Below are positions 28,045-44,005 of a stretch of DNA of 64,000 nt, piece after piece. Within the stretch, counting starts at the first letter, position 1. Every line of letters begins with the position of its first letter. The notes below the pieces were generated by a model that had not been told where the DNA came from, ran no database searches, and saw only the letters and a program-made list of their open reading frames with translations. The position numbers were made by a program, and so were the translations under genes. Source of the stretch: the human T2T-CHM13v2.0 reference genome, Homo sapiens; the NCBI RefSeq assembly GCF_009914755.1, contig NC_060926.1. One strand, written 5' to 3'.

Positions 28045-30330
28045 GGCTGTGGTAAAGAGGTTGGCAAATACATTCCCCCCCAAAACAACTAAATAAAGAG
28101 GTTGGCAAATAGATTCCCCCAAAAAACAACTATAATACGGGCTAAAATTCTCATAGACAACCATTTCAGAGCTCTGGTAATTGACTAAAGGTAAACAACA
28201 AATTGAGAAATGCTTATTCATAAAAGCTGCTAGAACTCTATATAAGAACACTAGGAGTCTGTGGCTTTCTTGCCTATGGTGGCTCACATTCCCTCCTTCC
28301 TTTCCCCAGCTCAGTCAGGGCAGTAATTGTGCCCGGGTGAGGCTGACCATGAAAAGTGAGAGCCTCATTGCTGGAGGGAGGATGACTTGATTTGGAGTAG
28401 AACATGGAAATCCACATCCCACTATGCCATCAGTAAAAAGTAACAGCACTGGTAATCAGTGGCTCTGCTAATGCCAAGTCAGCAACGCTGGCAGCCTAAA
28501 GTTATAGTTCCAGTTGGAAAGAATCATGTGACCAGAGGATGGTCCAGAACTTTAATAGGAAGTTATTTGAAATGAGAGTGCCACAGAGGAGCCACATAAA
28601 CTCTCCACATACCTCTGGTTGACTGGAAGGATGTGTGCACTCACATGGTAGATCTGAGAGGACCTAGAAAGGAATAAAAATTGAGACTGATTAGACAACT
28701 GACTGAAATTTAAAAATACTTCCCAAGTCCACATACAGACCCATGAGCCGAGGAGGAAGAATTATAGGCTCAAAGTGTCTGAGTACAATCTCTAACAAAT
28801 CATCAGCTGACCACTAAGCTATATAGATATAGATGTTACCCCTGAGAACCCTGGATGAAAAAATAACAATAACTGAGCAGAGACATCAGCAGCCACAAAT
28901 CACAGGAAAGAAAGTTTCTAAAGGGCTAAATCATCCAAGCAGACAAAATATTACCATCAACAACCAGCAGGGAAAAAAAATCATCATAATCCAGCGTAGT
29001 TAAAATATTATTTATCGTGTCCAGTGTTCAGGTAAAATAATCATAAGAAATGAACAGAAATAGCCAAGTATTGCCTACAATCAGGGGAAAGGCAATCAAT
29101 AGAAATTGACCCTGAGTTGCGTTAGGTGTTGGATTTAGCAGAAAGCTTCAAAGCATATAAATATAGGCAATAAATTAAAGAATTAAAGGAAAATGTGATG
29201 GCAATGGTTCTTGAATAGAAAAACTCAATATAAAATATAAAATTCTACAGTTGAAACATTAAAAAAATTAATAGCAGTTTTGAGATGGCAGAAGAAATAA
29301 TGAACACTAAAATAGGTTACTCGAAATTATGTAACCTGAAGAACACAGAGAAAGATTGAAGAAAAATGTCCCTCGGAGACCTGTGGGACAACCCTACTAC
29401 CATACATGAAATGGGAGTTCTACAAAGGGAGGAGAAGGGAAACCTGTTTTTAAAAATAATGGCTAAACCTTCTTAAATTTGATGAAAACAATCTACTGAT
29501 CCAAGAATCTTAAAAAAAAATAGAACAAATACAAAGAGATCCACATTTAAACATCTCATAGTCAAACAGTTGAAAGACAGAGACATAGAAAAAAATCTTA
29601 AAAGGAGCAAGAGGAAACTAACTCATCACACACCAGGAACAACAGTATTGTTAATTAACGGCTGACTTCTTATCTGAAACCAGAAAGCACTGTTACAACA
29701 TTCAAAATTTTTAACTGTTGGTGAATTCATCTATATTGAGCAAAACTATTCTTCAAGAATGAAAGTAAATACATTTCTGGATAAACAAAAACTGAGATAT
29801 ATTGCTATCAGTTCTGCCTTACAGTAAACACTGAAGTTATCTGGATTACAGGAAATAACACCAGATGTTAAGAGGATTCTACAGAAAGAAATGAAAACCG
29901 TTAACACCTTGTATTAGGTTGGCGCAAAAGTAATTGCGGTTTTTGCCATTACTTCTAAACCGAAATTACTTTTGCGCCAACCTAAAATGGCAAAAACCAC
30001 AATTACTTTTGCACCAACCTAATATAAATGTTATCTTTTCTTTATGATGTTAAAAGATATGATTGCATAAATAAATAATTGTAACACTATTTTATTGGGT
30101 TTGTCACATATATTGAATTAAAATAAAGTCTTACATTTATGGTGCATTGATATTCAACAATGGTGCCAAGGTGATCTAATGGGGAAAAGACAGGTTCCCA
30201 AAACATAAAGGGTCTGCAATAGTTAGACATCCTCCTCCCCCACCAAAAAAAGAAAAGATTTTAGACTGTTACTTCACACCACACTCAAAATGGATCATAG
30301 ACCTCAATGTAAAAGCCAAAAGTATAGTCT
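28045..30330 (+). mobile_element. Old L1M 5' UTR/ORF1 region with a short ORF2 piece
   Basis: gaagaacacagagaaagattgaagaaaaatg...gagacctgtgggacaa and acggctgacttcttatctgaaacc are degenerate ORF1; ttcaacaatggtgccaagg...aatggatcatagacctcaatgtaaaagc is ORF2. Confidence 0.65.
29914..30022. mobile_element. MADE1 (Hsmar1-derived MITE) carrying an extra 29-bp TIR copy
   Basis: 37-bp TIRs at 29914-29950 and 29986-30022, 6-bp spacer, TA TSD at 29912-13 and 30023-24, extra TIR segment at 29957-29985. Confidence 0.95.
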
Positions 30331-30599
30331 GAAAACATAAATTTCAGAATTCTCAAACTGGGATGAAACCTTGGTTTTGTCAATATGATATTGTCACTAG
30401 GGAATTTAAGAACACTCAAACCCTGTCCCCGTCAACCTGGGGAAGATATAAACACAATGAAAAATAGCTGAATAAATCAAAGCACCATTTAATAATTAAC
30501 TGGGGATGGGCCCCAAATCTGAACAATGAAAACTCTAGTAAACTAGAGAGCTTGAAATTGCATTCCCCTTCTTCAATTGGTATTTTCCCATTTTAAGTG

Positions 30600-31384
30600 A
30601 CAGATGATCTCTAAGCTGGCTTAAGAAAACAGAGAATATACTAGACTGTAAATGAAAAGTTCACAGGGGGGCCAGACCCTGTGCCTCATTCCAAAAATCT
30701 CCGCACTTTGGGAAGCTGAGATGGGCAGATCACTTGAGCCCAGGAGTTAGAGACCAGCCTGGGCAACATGGCCAAACCCTGTCTCTACAAAAAATACAAA
30801 AATTAGCCTGGCATCATGGTACACACCTGTAGTCCCAGCTACTCAGGAGGCTGAGGTGGGAGAATCACCTGGGCCCAGGAGGCAGAGGTGCAGTGAATGG
30901 AGATGGTGCCATTGTACTCCAGCCTGGGTGACAGAGTGAGATCCTGTCTCAGAAAAAGTTCACAGGGGCCTGGCTTCAGGGGTACTTTATCCTTAGCTCA
31001 ATGGCACAAGACCAGGTATCTTTCCATTCATACCTTAACACAACCCTGTGTACTGGCTCTGTTCTCAAGTAGGCTGTCTCCTTGTGATTGGAAAATGCCT
31101 GCCAGAAGTTCCAACACCACATCTTACCAGCTCAAGTCTAGTGGAAAAGAGCATTTGCTTAACAGCCCTGGAAAAAAAATTACACTGGTTTCTGATCCCT
31201 GAAACGAGTGCTGCGGCCAGGCCGATGTAATGCTCTGATTGCCCAGGCTGGAGTCACATGCTCCATGAACACACAAAGAACATGAATCGAGGGTGGGGAA
31301 GAGGGTAGTTTTCCAGACACTGGGTAACTATTTCCAGAAGAGTAAATGGGTGCTAGGAGGTAAAAACAACAGAGGTCCACTATA
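30600..31384 (-). mobile_element. MLT1 (J/K/L-type) MaLR LTR interrupted by an Alu
   Basis: gctggcttaag...aaagttcacaggggcctggcttcagg...tgctctgattgcccaggctggagtcacatgctc...aaaaacaacagaggtccactata. Confidence 0.65.
30670..30956 (+). mobile_element. AluJ, almost tail-less
   Basis: TSD aaaagttcacagggg on both sides. Confidence 0.9.
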
Positions 31385-32234
31385 ACCCTATCTTTCTAAG
31401 CTAACACATCTCAATTTGTTTCATGCAAAATACAACTAAAAAATATTCATCAGATCCAGAGGGATAGAGAGAGAGGCAGTAGCCAAAATATACATTTAAA
31501 TACCAAACTGAGAGACAGAGAGAGAGAGAGAGAAATGGAAGGCTGAATCTCTGCCCCATGCAAAGTGGGCCCTTGCCCTAATTATACCAAGCATGGGGAA
31601 GAGAAAGAAGGAAGTCCAGGAAAATTTGACAACAACCAGATGGTGGTGGCGGCCAGGTCTACTTGGAAGTAGTAGGCCCTCGAGCAGCCAATCAAGCCAG
31701 CTGCGTGGAAAGAAGAGACAGAGCAAGGTGGCAGAGCCTCCTCTCATGAGTGATTGAGTATTGGTCTTTAATATTCCAGCCAAGAGAAAGGAAGAAACAA
31801 ATTAAAGAGGCACTCTCATGACCTGATCTTTCAGTATGCAGTGATTCTGCCTACTTTGAAAGGGGGCCAAGCATCTGATGAGTATCCATCTGCCTTGGAA
31901 AGGAACAAGGAGAATTCTTTTCCAAATACCTACAAATTTAGAGATGATTTCTGAAGCCATAGATGTAAGTATAGTTCTCAGGAGTGTTAACGGCAGAAAG
32001 GGGAGGAGAGGGAAGAGGAATGAAAGGAGATAGAGAGGTGTCTAGGACACATGCTGGAGGAGCCCCAGACTTTAAGAGCAGGATTTCTTTTCCTTCACAG
32101 GTTTTGATGGCTTTGGTTTTCAAAGTGTCTGAAGGTTAATACCACGCTGGACACCGTCTTCTCTTCTTCATTCCTGATTAGCCAACCACAGGGAACTTGA
32201 GCTTGCCTAGAATTGCACAGAGAAGATTTAACAA

Positions 32235-32620
<386 letters not shown>

Positions 32621-33109
32621 TTATATTTTCTGAGTTACTGAGGAAGTATTTTCTTTGAAATCTGGCTTCAGCATTACAAATCTCTTAATAATGTAAAACT
32701 TTGAGAAAGTTACCAATTAAATGCTTGCCAGAATCCTCGAAACAGATTTTCCAAGTAGGTATTATGAGAAAACAGCTAGGTGCTGGGGATAAAGCAGCCC
32801 TAGAAAGAGAAAGGTGCTCACTCTCCTACAAGGAACAGTGTGGCAGCTAAGGGTTTAACACCAGCAAGGAGAGGGAACCTACCAGACGTGAGGCATCTGA
32901 GCTGACTGCATTTCCTAAGGGGATTCAGTGTGTGACCAGGGAGAACAGATTGGAAATGAAAACTGATTGCTTTTCAAATCCGAAGTCGACATGTAGATGA
33001 ATTGTGCCGGCCTTTGGGAATCTTTTATCTGAAATCTTGGGGTGAATTATATTAAGGATAGAAAAACATGGTAAAAAGTATATTGGTGAGGAAATCATTC
33101 CTTAAAACC

Positions 33110-33300
33110 CCAAATCACTCACACCAGGGTTCTCATTAAAATCCTACAAAGAAGGGGCTATTATTATCTTTCCTACTTTACGGAAAGCCAAGGCACACAG
33201 ACGCTAAGTAAGTTGTCTAAGGTCTAGGTAGAGGTGAAGCTAGGATTAGACCCCAGGTGGTCTTGGTGTCAGAACCAAAGCCTGAAGGCACTGTGCTAAC
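33110..33300 (-). mobile_element. MIR fragment
   Basis: tattattatctttcc...ggcacacagacgctaagtaagttgtctaaggtc...ggattagaccccagg. Confidence 0.6.
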
Positions 33301-33792
33301 CAAACCTGAGCTTGGTATAGGGGCTGATATCAAACCTAACTTCAGGGAGGCTGTGGACTGAGCAGACATCTGTCCACACCCTGCAAATCTCTCTTGACTG
33401 AGTACCAAGCTTGAGCACCTTGAAGCTGCTTGCCTGAGCAGTGATAGGCTGTTGGGAAAGGAGATGGGGGGCGGGATGAAGTGCCGGGGAGGAAGGACAA
33501 CATCGACCCCCAGCTTTGAAGAACGGGATGCATTTCACACACAGCTCCAGAAAATCAGATCTATCTTCCTTCCAAGATCCGTTTTCCCCTCACTAAGCAC
33601 ACTTAAAGAGGAGAAAATAAATTCTGCCCATCGAAAAAGGGCACGCTGTAATGAAAAACAACCTTAAAGACACTTCAGCACATGAAGTCTTCGAGCTACA
33701 TCACTGACAATGGTTTACAAGTTTATTTTCAATTTGAGGTTATGCTGAGCAGACATTTTGCTCCGCGCGGCAGTAATTCAGGCGCCGCGCTG

Positions 33793-33808
33793 CAGCGTCA
33801 TCTGCTGA
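33793..33808 (-). promoter_or_regulatory. Candidate CTCF motif in a CpG-retaining unique patch
   Basis: Reverse complement TCAGCAGATGACGCTG vs consensus CCASYAGRKGGCRS, 2 mismatches; adjacent CCGCGCGG and GGCGCCGCG. Confidence 0.5.
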
Positions 33809-33999
33809 GCCCCCATCTGTACAGGAGTGTCTTGTCACAAACGATCAGGTGCAGATTGATCCAGACACATCATCCGCAAAATGGCCAGACAAGAAAGCTT
33901 TCAAAATTATTTTCCTCACCGTTTTTGCTAAGTACACAATTCTAAGAAAGTAGATTTCTTGGCAAATACTTTTTTCTCCCTGCAGAAGAGACCACTTTG

Positions 34000-34297
34000 A
34001 GCAGAGCAAAGAAAGTATGAGCTTCTAGTTCATGTTTAACTTCCAGACCTGGCATTTGCTAATTGACAAGTTATGTAAACCCTCTGAACTTGACTTTCTC
34101 ATTTAGAACATGGGAAGAATACCTCATTTATAAAATGAGGCTGTGGGCAAAATTAAAGGAGATAATAGCCATTATCTTCTTATGTTTCAAAAAAAGAGAG
34201 GATATTTTGGTTCACTATTATGTCTCCAGCACTTACATAGCAAAGGCACATAGTACTTGCTTAATAAATAGGGCTGAATGAATAAATGTGTGAATAA
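34000..34297 (+). mobile_element. MIR fragment followed by an L2 3' terminus
   Basis: tgacaagttatgtaaaccctctgaacttgactttctcattt; tctccagcacttacatag...ggcacatagtacttgcttaataaata...tgaatgaataaatg. Confidence 0.6.
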
Positions 34298-35861
34298 CAC
34301 TACCTATGGAAACATATTTAGGGACGTATTTCTTCCTAATTATTTATCTATTTCCTATCACTTCCTAATTATTTCTTCCAAAGGAAAAAAACTAGTTATC
34401 CTTCTCGGCTCCTGTTCGTTTCTAAGATGACAGTTTTCCATGATTATTGCAGGTCTGTTTTCCTAGGAATTTCTTCAAATGTTTTGGTTTGGGTGTTTTG
34501 TTTCCCACATCCTGTGCCTTTTGCTTTATTAGTTTATTTCCTTGTCTTATAATAAATCATCTTCCTTGAGTTCCCTAAAAAGAACACATTGAAGCTAAAT
34601 TCTTTCAGTAGTTTCATGTCTAAACATGTCTTTATTCTAGCCTGCTATTGATACACAATTGGATCATAATTACTTGTAATTACATAAGAGAATTCTAGGC
34701 TGAAAACTTTTCCCTTTGGAATTTTAAAAGCAATTTTCCATGACTTTCTATAAGCTAGTATTTCTTATTATAGAAAATTTGGAAATTGTGGAAAATCATA
34801 AGAAAGAAGATTAAAAGCATCAGTAAGTTTACCACCCGGAGACAATCCTATTAACATTGTAGTATATACTCCTCCAGGACACACAACACACACACATCAT
34901 ATTGTATATGTAATTTTACATCGTGATTTGCTTAATTTCTTATCATGCTATTTTCATGTCATTACATATAACTGAGTTACTTTCAAGGTCCTTCTCAACC
35001 CTAAGGATCGAAGATTCCATGAGTTGTTAAAGAGAGATTGTGACATATGGATGGTTTCGGTAAAAGCAGCAGATAGTTTAGGAGTTGGTTTCATTGACAC
35101 AAACATGAAATAGAATTGTGGCAAAGGAAGGTAAGGTTAACTACCTGCCAAGTGCTTTTCATTTAGGGATATGGAAGGTTCTCAGAGAATCAAAGACATA
35201 TTACAGATGAGGCTCAATAAATCACCTGAGTATAAACTATAGTCAGGAAAACACATTAGATTTTGAGAAAAGGACACACCTGGAACCCCTGGAAAAAAGT
35301 CATTGTGTTCAACCTTTAAAAAGAAAGAGGGCCACTTATAAGCAAAGTATTCAAGGTCCTGAATGGGAAATAGGTAATCAGTGCCAGTTTCAAACATTTC
35401 CAATTAAAGATGACAAGTGATAAGAGAAATGGCTACCCAGCTAAACACAGAGCCTTTGGTGCTGTATAAGCACATAGCCTAAGTGAGCTTCAGAAAGAAA
35501 TGAAGAAGAGGAAGGTAAAGGAAAATAGAGCAATTAGCTAGGAATGGAAAGTGGTATGCAGCGATGATGGCTCCAGCTGAGGACAAAAATAAGAAGCACT
35601 TAGACAAACCTATCTTGGTGGTGCTGACTTCCTGTTATGGTCCTGGTACCAATTCACCCTCCTCAACCTTCTATTGCAATAACAATGAAAGGCTATAATG
35701 AGTTACAAAGTTGTGTCAGCACTGAAAATTAGAAATACTTATCAACATTTTGACACTCTGGAAGGAATTTCTACTAGACAAATCCCAGGTGAGGTCAAGT
35801 AGTGGAAATGACAGTGGAAAACAAATACTTTACCAGGTGAGATAGAAGAGTAGCTGCAAAT

Positions 35862-35940
35862 TGAAGAAAGAGAGAAAGAGAGGAAAGGATGGGGAAGGAG
35901 GGAAGGAGGGAAGGAGGGGAGGATAAGGGAAGGAGAGAGA
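35862..35940. repeat. Polypurine (GGAA/GA) tract
   Basis: Seen directly. Confidence 0.8.
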
Positions 35941-36318
35941 CTGCTTCCTTATCTTTATCCAAATTTAGTTCCAAAAATGAATCAACAGATTTCTAGAGAG
36001 ACTAGCTGGAGTTTAATTATTTTGTTCCCGGTCATCTCTTCAGCCCACAGCCATGGTATCCTACTACTGCTATAACAAATTACCAAAATGTAGCAACTTA
36101 GAATAGTACAGATGTATTATATTATCTTCCAGTTTTGTAGGTCAGAAGTCCTGACTTCTGGGTACTGGATCTTACTGGGCTAAAATTAAGGTGTTGGCAG
36201 GTCTGCATCCCTTCTGGGGACCAGTGCAGGATCAATCTCCTTGCCTTTTCCAGCTTCTAAAGGCCACCTGCATTCCACGGATCACAGTCCCCTTCCTTCG
36301 TGTTCAAAGACAGCAACA

Positions 36319-37101
<783 letters not shown>

Positions 37102-37649
37102 CTTCTCACATTGCATCACTCTGGCCTCCTCTTCCACCTTCCTCTTCCACTTTAAAGAGCCCTCATGATTATTGTGGGCCCATCAGATAATCCAGAATAA
37201 CCTCCTTGTCTTAAAGTTAACTGATTAGCAATCTTTACCTGCTACCTTCATTTCCCTTTGCCATGTAAAATAACATACAGTATTCACAAGTCCAGGATAT
37301 TAGGGTCAGGATATCTTTGAAGAGGGGGCCGTCATTATTCTGCCTACTGCAGACATTAAACAGGTTTTATCAGTAAAAAGAAACATCTTGAATTCTGGGT
37401 ATGGAAGCTCCAAAAAGCATCTCCTCACTATCAGATACACAGCCTCTCTCACTGGGAAGTGGGAGATTGATTACTGGGAACATAAACAACAGAACCATCT
37501 ACTCATGGATTTGATTTGTTGCTTTGTTTTAAATGAATTACTAATCTATTCTTATAGTTGGAAAATAGAATACAACTACTATTGGCATATTCTTGTGCAT
37601 ACTGTACAGTTTATGCATATTTGGGTACACGATTACAAATATATCTATA

Positions 37650-39355
<1,706 letters not shown>

Positions 39356-39409
39356 CTGAAAATTTTATAGCCCATTTTTGACTCCTAAATTTGCATACTC
39401 TGTACCATA

Positions 39410-39885
39410 ATTTTTACTGTGGTAAAAAAAAATGCATCAAATTTAAGTTAAGTATTTCTAAGTGTACAGTTCAGTAGTGTTAAGTATATTCACATTGTTG
39501 TATAACCAGTCTCCAGAATGTTTTCATCTTATAAAACTGAAACTCTATCCATTAAACAACAACTTCCTATTCCCCCTCCCCTCAGACCTAGGACACCATC
39601 ATTCTACTTTATATTTTTATGAATTTGACTATTCTAGTGCCTTATATAAGTGGAATCATACAGTATTTGTCTTTTTGTGACTGGCATCTTTCATTTGGCA
39701 TAATGTCCTCAAGGTTCATCCATGGTGTAGCATGTCAGGATTTCCTTCCTTTTTAAGGCTGACTAATATTCTACTGCATGTTTATACCACATTTAATTCA
39801 TTCACTCATCCAGCAATGGACACTGGGGTTGCTTCCATCTCTTGACTATTGTGCATAGTGCTGCTGTTAATATGGACATATAACA
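39410..39885 (-). mobile_element. L1MB-type 3' end
   Basis: aagtgtacagttcagtagtgttaagtatattcacattgttg...aaactgaaactctatccattaaac. Confidence 0.8.
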
Positions 39886-41692
39886 TACTGATGCTTTCAT
39901 CTCATCAAGGTTATAATGTGGAGATTTTTCAATATGATGGGCAGAGAGCTTTTTGGTTTTCTTTTTTAAAAATATCGTCATCGTATTTTTTTTGTAGTTG
40001 ATGGGCCACTATATAGTTGACTAATCCCATGCTAAATATATCTATGCTCTTTTTACTTAGCAGTTTTTGAAGGGAGAAAATTTGTATCCCCCCTAAATCT
40101 ATTCATTTCCAAGTTTTCTAAGGAGAAATAAACAGTAAGAGATTCTCAGATATTTTAACTGAACTCTGATAAAATTAGATGCATATTCGTGTTGATCTAG
40201 AAAGAAATAAAAATACTGAATTCAAGGTTGTAGAAGTCTTGATAGCATTGAAAGTGTTTAAACAAAAGATTACATAAATATAGTTGTCATAACAAGGCTA
40301 CATAACTAAACATATTTCAAAAATAGAAGTTGAAGGAGAAAATCTAATATCAGTTAATAATGATTTGAAAATGATCTGAATGAAAGAGTTCAGATTTTAT
40401 AACAAACACTAGAATGTGTTAGAAAAAAAATTAGAGGAAATAAAGATTTGCTAGAGTCTTTAGCCTGTGTAAAAAAGAGTCAAAAGTCTTTATCCTTTTC
40501 TTGTTTTTGACAATTCAAGAAATATCAGTCAAAACATGTTTGACATAAAGATTACTACTAACAGAATTTAAAAGTATATGTATACATCACAAGTAATCAA
40601 AGAAAAATGATGTCTCTCTACCTGAAATCCTTAGAGGAGGAAGAAAAGGTAACAGCATTGAGAAAAATATGAAAGAAAATGAAAATAATAAGACAGATGA
40701 CAAAAGAAATTCAAACATGAAAGAAGAGAAGAACACAGTACCCTCAATAAAGCCAAAGAACCCATGGAGTCAAGAGAAAAGGGTTAGGTCAAAAGAAATC
40801 TTATCTGAATAAATAAAAATTACCCAAACAGAAAAAAATAATTACAAATAGGTTAAGGAAGCTCAAAACTGCCCATGCTATCAGGCCATAAGAAAAAAAA
40901 AAAAAAAGGCAAGTGCTATATTTGAGATAGGAGACTGAGAACCATGTACTTGATGCAAGGGAACTAGGAATGGGGATTAGCACCTCCTTCAACCACATAC
41001 TAGGAAAAGAGGAAGCTCAGGGACTTATTCCTGAGTGAGGCTGTGCATAAAAGTCAGACACTGAAAGATCCATAAGCTCCGTATTAAAAGTAGAGCACAT
41101 AGATATAAACTGGAAGGACTCATGGTCAGTTTGGTAAAATACATATACTCCCAAAAGAAATGTGCAAAGAAAGTTATTTAAGACTCTGCTACACTTTCTG
41201 CATACAAGAAAGATGGCAGAAGTCCACTGCATTGAGAAAAACCTGGATGAAAACAAAAAAATCTCCAAAGTTAAATATTTGAAGTGTAAGACACATCTTT
41301 TAGGAAAGGACATATTTTTAGGTATCCATCTTAAGAGTGTAGAATACAATTACATAAAAGAAAGTTGGTTAATAGTATTAATATAGTTAACTTACAAGGT
41401 AGGAGAGAGGTTGTAAAATGTAAGTGAAAGGCATGATCTTTTTTTGATGATGCTATGAAAAAGACGAAAATTAATTTATTAAAAGCTGAGAATTCAATCA
41501 ACGTTCATATGGAGGAGGAGAACATTCTTTGTAATCATCATATTTCAGAACTAAAGGAGACCTCAAAGGACATTCATACTACTACTGTATTAGAAAATGA
41601 AGACATAAAACAATCTATGAGAAGTAATGAAGGGGAGAAAACAAATCAGTTTTAAAAATATTTAACAGGTGTCTATTATTTCCACCCCCCCA

Positions 41693-41865
41693 AAGGGGAG
41701 AAGGTGGGAAAAGGGTGAGGGTTGAAAAATTACCTGTTGGGTACAATGTTCAATATTTGGGTGATGGTTATGCCAGAAGCTCAATCCTCACCATTATGCG
41801 ATATACGCATGGAATAAACATGCAGATGTACCCCCTGAAACTAAAATTTAAAGTAAAATTTAAAA
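41693..41865 (+). mobile_element. L1PB/L1MA 3' terminal fragment
   Basis: gggtgagggttgaaaaattacctgttgggtacaatg...tgtaccccctgaaactaaaa. Confidence 0.75.
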
Positions 41866-41876
41866 AAATAGTCAAC

Positions 41877-42400
<524 letters not shown>

Positions 42401-43481
42401 TCAACAGAAAGAGTAAAGCAAAGGCTTAGAGGAGTGAATTAGTTATTCTTATTTCCAAGTGAATTTATTATGTGGATAAATAGAAAATATAAATGAAGAA
42501 ATTTGAGAGGAAATGAAGACCTTTTAAAAATAGGAAGTATTTTTGTTTATAGATTGCTACAAAAAAAGAAAAAGAAAAATCAGAGAGCAAACAAAAACCA
42601 AGGTTTTTACATTTAAACCCTGAAAATCAGAAGAAAAAGAATTAGGGGGCAAATAAAGAAAAGTAACTGATTTCAGATTGTATGGAAGGTGAATCTACAG
42701 ATGATGTGGGAGGTTACCAGCTAGCTTCAGTGAAGAAGAAAAGGCCCAATGAGCAGGGAAGAGACCCAGCTAAACTGAGCCTGAAATGTCAATGATCTGA
42801 TCTTCCAATTTGATATCTTTTTTTTCTTTTTCTTCCCCCCTAGCAATGCTCAGCAGCCCGGAAACTAAAGTAGAGAGAAATTAAGATGAGTTGCCAACAT
42901 ACCACTGGGATTTACCCCAGAACAGGAAGATTTCAAAATAACTTTGCCACTGCTCCCCGATGCAGCCCACTTCATTAGGGCTGTTGGATCCCCTCACCAG
43001 TATTGGTGGTTCCTTCTCTCCTGCTGCTTTGGAAACAATCAGCCTCTCAGAGGTCATCAGAATAGGCGCTGGTTCCTTGGAATAAAGACCAGGAAGCTCC
43101 CCAACCTGAAAGACCTCAGTCTCTGAAATCTCATCAGAGATTCATGAATTTAGATCTGGGAGGCAGCTTTGCCTAGCTTCACACATGCTCTTCCTACAAC
43201 TTGGGAAGCTCCCTTTCCTCCCTTATCCTTCCTAGCTTAGCATGATGTCATTCCTCAAGGAAGCCATGCCTGAATTCTCTTCATATCACTGTCACAGCCA
43301 TAACTCCATATCTATGTACCAATTAAACAAAATTGTGTAATTTTGCCTGATTATCAGGACAAGAACCATATATATTTGATCACTGTTGAATCTTCAATAT
43401 AGAGTAAAGCACATTATAATAAATATGGTATATATCAATGAATGAACATACGATATCCTTCAGAGGAATAAGACCTTAAAG

Positions 43482-43670
43482 CAGTGACCCTCAAAGTGTG
43501 GTCCTTGGACTAGCAGTAACTGCATTATCTAAGAACTTGCTTCACATGGAAATTCTCAGGCCTTGTCTGAGACCTACTGAATCAGAAACTCTAGGGGTTA
43601 AGCCTAGACATCTGTGTTTTAACAAACTCCTCAGATGATTTTACTAAATGCTAAAGTTTTACAAGTACAA
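43482..43670 (+). mobile_element. MER5A
   Basis: cagtgaccctcaaagtgtggtcc...aaattctcaggcc...agacctactgaatcagaaactct...tgtgttttaacaa. Confidence 0.85.
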
Positions 43671-43707
43671 ATTTAAAGTTAAGTCTTAATCAATTTCTGT
43701 ATTAAGG

Positions 43708-44005
43708 CAGAGGACACAGACCAAATGCCTACAAGGATAATGAAAGTTTTATAAATGAGTGAGTATAAAGGAAACAGGTATGAAACGAGAAGGAGTGGTG
43801 GGGACTGTGGGAAAGTCCATGCTCAGCCTCAAGGGTAAACTGCTATTCTGCACTCTGAGTTCTTGTCACTGTCCCCAGGCCAAATCTTTACATTTTCTAA
43901 GAGATTCTGGATAATTGAGTTTTGATGTGACATTTACCCATTACTAATCTTGTAGAGGCTACACAAAATATATCTGTCAGCCAAACCTGTGGACAGTGCT
44001 TGCTT
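43708..44005. mobile_element. hAT MITE (MER102-like)
   Basis: caaatgcctaca...ggagtggtggggactgtgg; heavily diverged. Confidence 0.4.

Noticed and set aside
29914-30022. Calling the MADE1 an annotated MIR548 gene
   Set aside because: Many MADE1 copies contain the same mature-like sequence; expression cannot be inferred from sequence alone
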